A DNA stretch of 64,000 nucleotides. Source: the human T2T-CHM13v2.0 reference genome, Homo sapiens. How positions within the stretch are numbered: the stretch's first letter is position 1; every line of letters starts with the position of its first letter. Location of the stretch: NCBI RefSeq assembly GCF_009914755.1, contig NC_060928.1. One strand, 5' to 3'. Shown in pieces: positions 60,740-64,000 of the stretch. The notes below the pieces were generated by a model. It was not told the origin of the DNA, did not search any database, and saw nothing but the letters and a program-made list of their open reading frames with translations. The translations under genes and the position numbers were made by a program.

Positions 60740-61825
60740 TCTAAAGGGTGCCTAGTAATCATTGTGTTCTTCACCTCCATGACCTTGCAGTAAAATTAAA
60801 ATTTGAAAAGCCAGAGAATGTCCATGATGGAGCAGTTAAAATTAATTTTATTGCATCTTTTAAGTACATGTCTGATGTTCTGCATGATGAAATGGGAAGT
60901 ACACATAAAGCTCTTTGCTTATGAAAGTATGATGGCTGTCTTAAAGCCAAGAACTTGTGCAATTGTCATTCTTCCAAGTAGAAATGGTATTCCATGAAGA
61001 AAGTAGTTCAGCTCACTACTCAAATTACTGTGGCTCAGACTTGGATTTTGGACCGACATTTTCTTAAATGAATAAAGTGAGCTAGTCACTTCAAGAAAAC
61101 CAGCTGATGGTATTGGTTAGCACTGGTAAAAATTTGTGTTCAGGTAAAATTTAGATTTTTGGAATCTGCCTCCTTGAGCTTGACAACTTCTGATTAAAGA
61201 CTTTTGTAATGAGAATAGTCATATTAAGAATGTGAATTTTTGCTATTTTATAATGAAAATACCAACATGTAGAAGGTCTGCATAACTCCACCAACAAACT
61301 TTCCAAATGACCAGTGTATGATAGTACAAAATCACATGAGATAAATCCATTTAAAAAATAAATCAATGGACTTGAAGAGAGCATGATGTTCATTGATACA
61401 GCTACTAATTCCAAATTGCAACTCATCTTTACCAGTTGAGTTTTGGTATAGCATTAAACAAATATCCACAGTTACCTAAAAAGGCATTAAAAATATTTCC
61501 TTGTGAGGTTAGATTTTATTTATAAGCTTCAAAGTAACATTGCAACAGATGGAATACAGAAATAGGTATGGGAATTCAACTGTCTTCTAATCCACCAGGT
61601 ACTTGCAAATACATAAAACAATGTTGCTATTCTATTTTTTGTTTAAGAAATTTTTTCATAAAATGACATTTTGATGAGATTAACATTTTTAAGTTAAATG
61701 TTCTCAAACTTTAAAAAAATCTTAGTATTGTGTATGTCAATAGATAAAATCCACCCAAAAGCTAATTGGGCTTTTCATTTTAATAGCATAAAAGGGTCCC
61801 AAGACCAAAAAGTTTGAGAACTGCT
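60740..61825 (+). mobile_element. Charlie1-type hAT transposon remnant
   Basis: 'gatgaaatgggaagtacacataaagc' and terminal 'gggtcccaagaccaaaaagtttgagaactgct'. Confidence 0.75.
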
Positions 61826-63199
61826 CTACAAGTTCTGATCACTTATTTCTGTCATGCTGAGAATAGATCTTGAAGTTGCCAGAGGCCAGTACTTCGGTAG
61901 TTTGATCCTTCTGTTTGCCACAGCTTTCAGTTGCCTATTTATCCTTTTCTACCATCGTCTGGTGGTACTTGGAAATATCAAAGAAATATCAGAGAATAAA
62001 CCACTATCCAAGAAGAGGATAGTTGCAATCTGAAGAGTCATTGGCCTTCAAGGAAAAAATCGACTAGAGAGTACATGTAGTTGGACTGCATATATACCTT
62101 GGCAATATTTGTCTTCAGTTCTGTTGGAAGTTAACCTCCTGTGTTATCCTCCTACCTTCCTGGGGGCAATAGCCTACTTCAGGATGTGAGATCCGTAGGT
62201 GTAAGAACCTGTCCACGTCACTCATAAGAAATAATTCTTTCAATATAGGTTTAAAGTTTATGTTTTTAAATGTGTTCTTAAGAGGATTTCAATCATAACA
62301 GCTACTTGTTAATTCTTTTTATGTCTCTCCCTCACACCAACTTACATCATATATTACAAACTTTGGCTTTGGTGAGTGTTTCCCTAATCATTATTTTGCA
62401 CAAGTATGTACATACTTGTGTAGATACATGTTTTCATAATGTTCATTTCGATTATATTACATGTTCAGCATGTTTCCATGACCACAGAATAGATCATGAA
62501 CAGATTTCTAAGGACAAATGGTTCAATATTTTCAAATGTTGCATAGAATTGGATGGTTATGGACTTTGTATAATTTTTAACCCTTCCCATATAGTTTGTT
62601 GTACCCAAATTTTAGTTCTTGTAGCTGTTCAAATGAACAGGCATATACATCTATCCTTACACAGTTTTAGAAGTACTTCCATAAGATTCATAGGAGTGCA
62701 GTACAATCCTTTTAATTCAAGGAAGTGGGATCCAGAGGGCAAGAAATCTATCTAAGGCCAGATTCAAACCATAACTGTCATCAGGGATCATAAAATTTCC
62801 ATGATGCCCTGTCAGCTGCTGTTCAGCTTACATGGTTAACAAGGAAGAAAGGGCTCTTCCTTTATTAGTGTGATGGATAGACTACTTGAGTAATGGTTGA
62901 AAGCCTAGGCAGTAATTGTCATGTTTTTGTCATTCTTTTTCTAAGTATGGCTCTTAAATGTCAGGGACATTTTTCTTGGCAGAATGAACACAATTTTTGT
63001 GTGCAGGGGACAGAGTTGACCTCCTGGGACTGCAGGATTTTTGTTTTGCTCCTCCAAGGTAGTCCATAGATATAATTTGAGTACTCTAGTATAGTAGCCT
63101 ATGCCATAGGGATAGAAAATAACTCTGAACAAAAGAAGGAAATCAATGCCCTGTGATGGAGAATGGGGTTAAATAGATACAGCTGTAAGAGGCGAATTA

Positions 63200-63430
63200 T
63201 CAACTCTACTTGGAGATTCACAGTGAGTGATGCTTAAGTTGAGATTTGAAGGGTGAGTAGACGTTTATCTTGGAGGGCATTCAAATCATAGAGAACAGCA
63301 CATGCGGGGGCTCGGTGTTCTGAAAGTCACTGATATATTCAGGCAAATATCTTTTTTCCTACCCTGGGATTGGTAGAAGTTGCAATGGGAGGTAAGCAGG
63401 ATCACATCACAGAAGGCTGATCCCCTGTTA
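63200..63430. mobile_element. L2 fragment
   Basis: 'gtgatgcttaagttgagatttgaagg...gagggcattc...gagaacagcacatgc'. Confidence 0.5.
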
Positions 63431-64000
63431 TAAATTTGGTCTCTCTGACTTCAATATTCGCTTGAGTTACTGTAATGACCTGGATGAGAAATGAGGGCAT
63501 GAATGATGGAATAAGACATGATGGATTTGAGAAATTTAAAGACTGAACAGATGCCAGCTGAAACTTATCCAGGGTCCTAGTTCTGTTGAGCCTCAAACTA
63601 ATTGGGAGACAACTGGCTGCCCAGGGATAGGAAAGTTGGTAGTTATCCAATTTGATTCGAGATTTCCTGAGTTGAGATCCAAGTTCACGTCACTCAGGGG
63701 CAATAGAAGGCATTTAGCCACACTGCTAATATTTGATTCTGAACTTCTTTACAAGACAGTGTGAGAGCGGTCAAACTTAACAAACCACAAATCTAAGAAT
63801 GTAATAGGTTATGAGCACAATTCAAAGCTTTAATGCTGGTCACTCCTAATGTAAAAGGTTGGTGAAACTCCAGTTTTCATACAATTGATGTCCAGTGCCA
63901 AGGTCCATACTAGATGATACTTTCTAATTTGATTATACTAATATGGTAATTGAGATGTGCTGAGCTAATAATCTAATGATTGAAAGGCAAATAGTTGCAC

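Overview
Human non-coding, repeat-rich DNA; the species call rests on an AluYa5 carrying the subfamily's diagnostic bases. I found no intact protein-coding gene. The window holds a full-length but defective HERV-K(HML-6)/LTR3 provirus on the minus strand (9079-17016, target-site duplication (TSD) CCCTAC). It also holds an antisense processed pseudogene of a Myb/SANT gene (MSANTD5-like), split by a solo LTR22 and nested in a MaLR, plus several ERVL/MaLR remnants, L1, Alu, Tigger and Charlie elements. The main structure not explained by repeat annotation is in the first ~35 kb: a mosaic of ancient, diverged, non-coding tandem duplications (2-3 copies per block). It carries a younger gapless 130-bp inverted repeat, short templated duplications, and splice-acceptor-like sites at matching positions on the + strand. 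Together with mostly antisense retroelements, this would fit a + strand lncRNA or small-RNA (piRNA/endo-siRNA) precursor, but that is a hypothesis. Repeat subfamily names are from memory of consensus sequences, and boundaries without a TSD are approximate.
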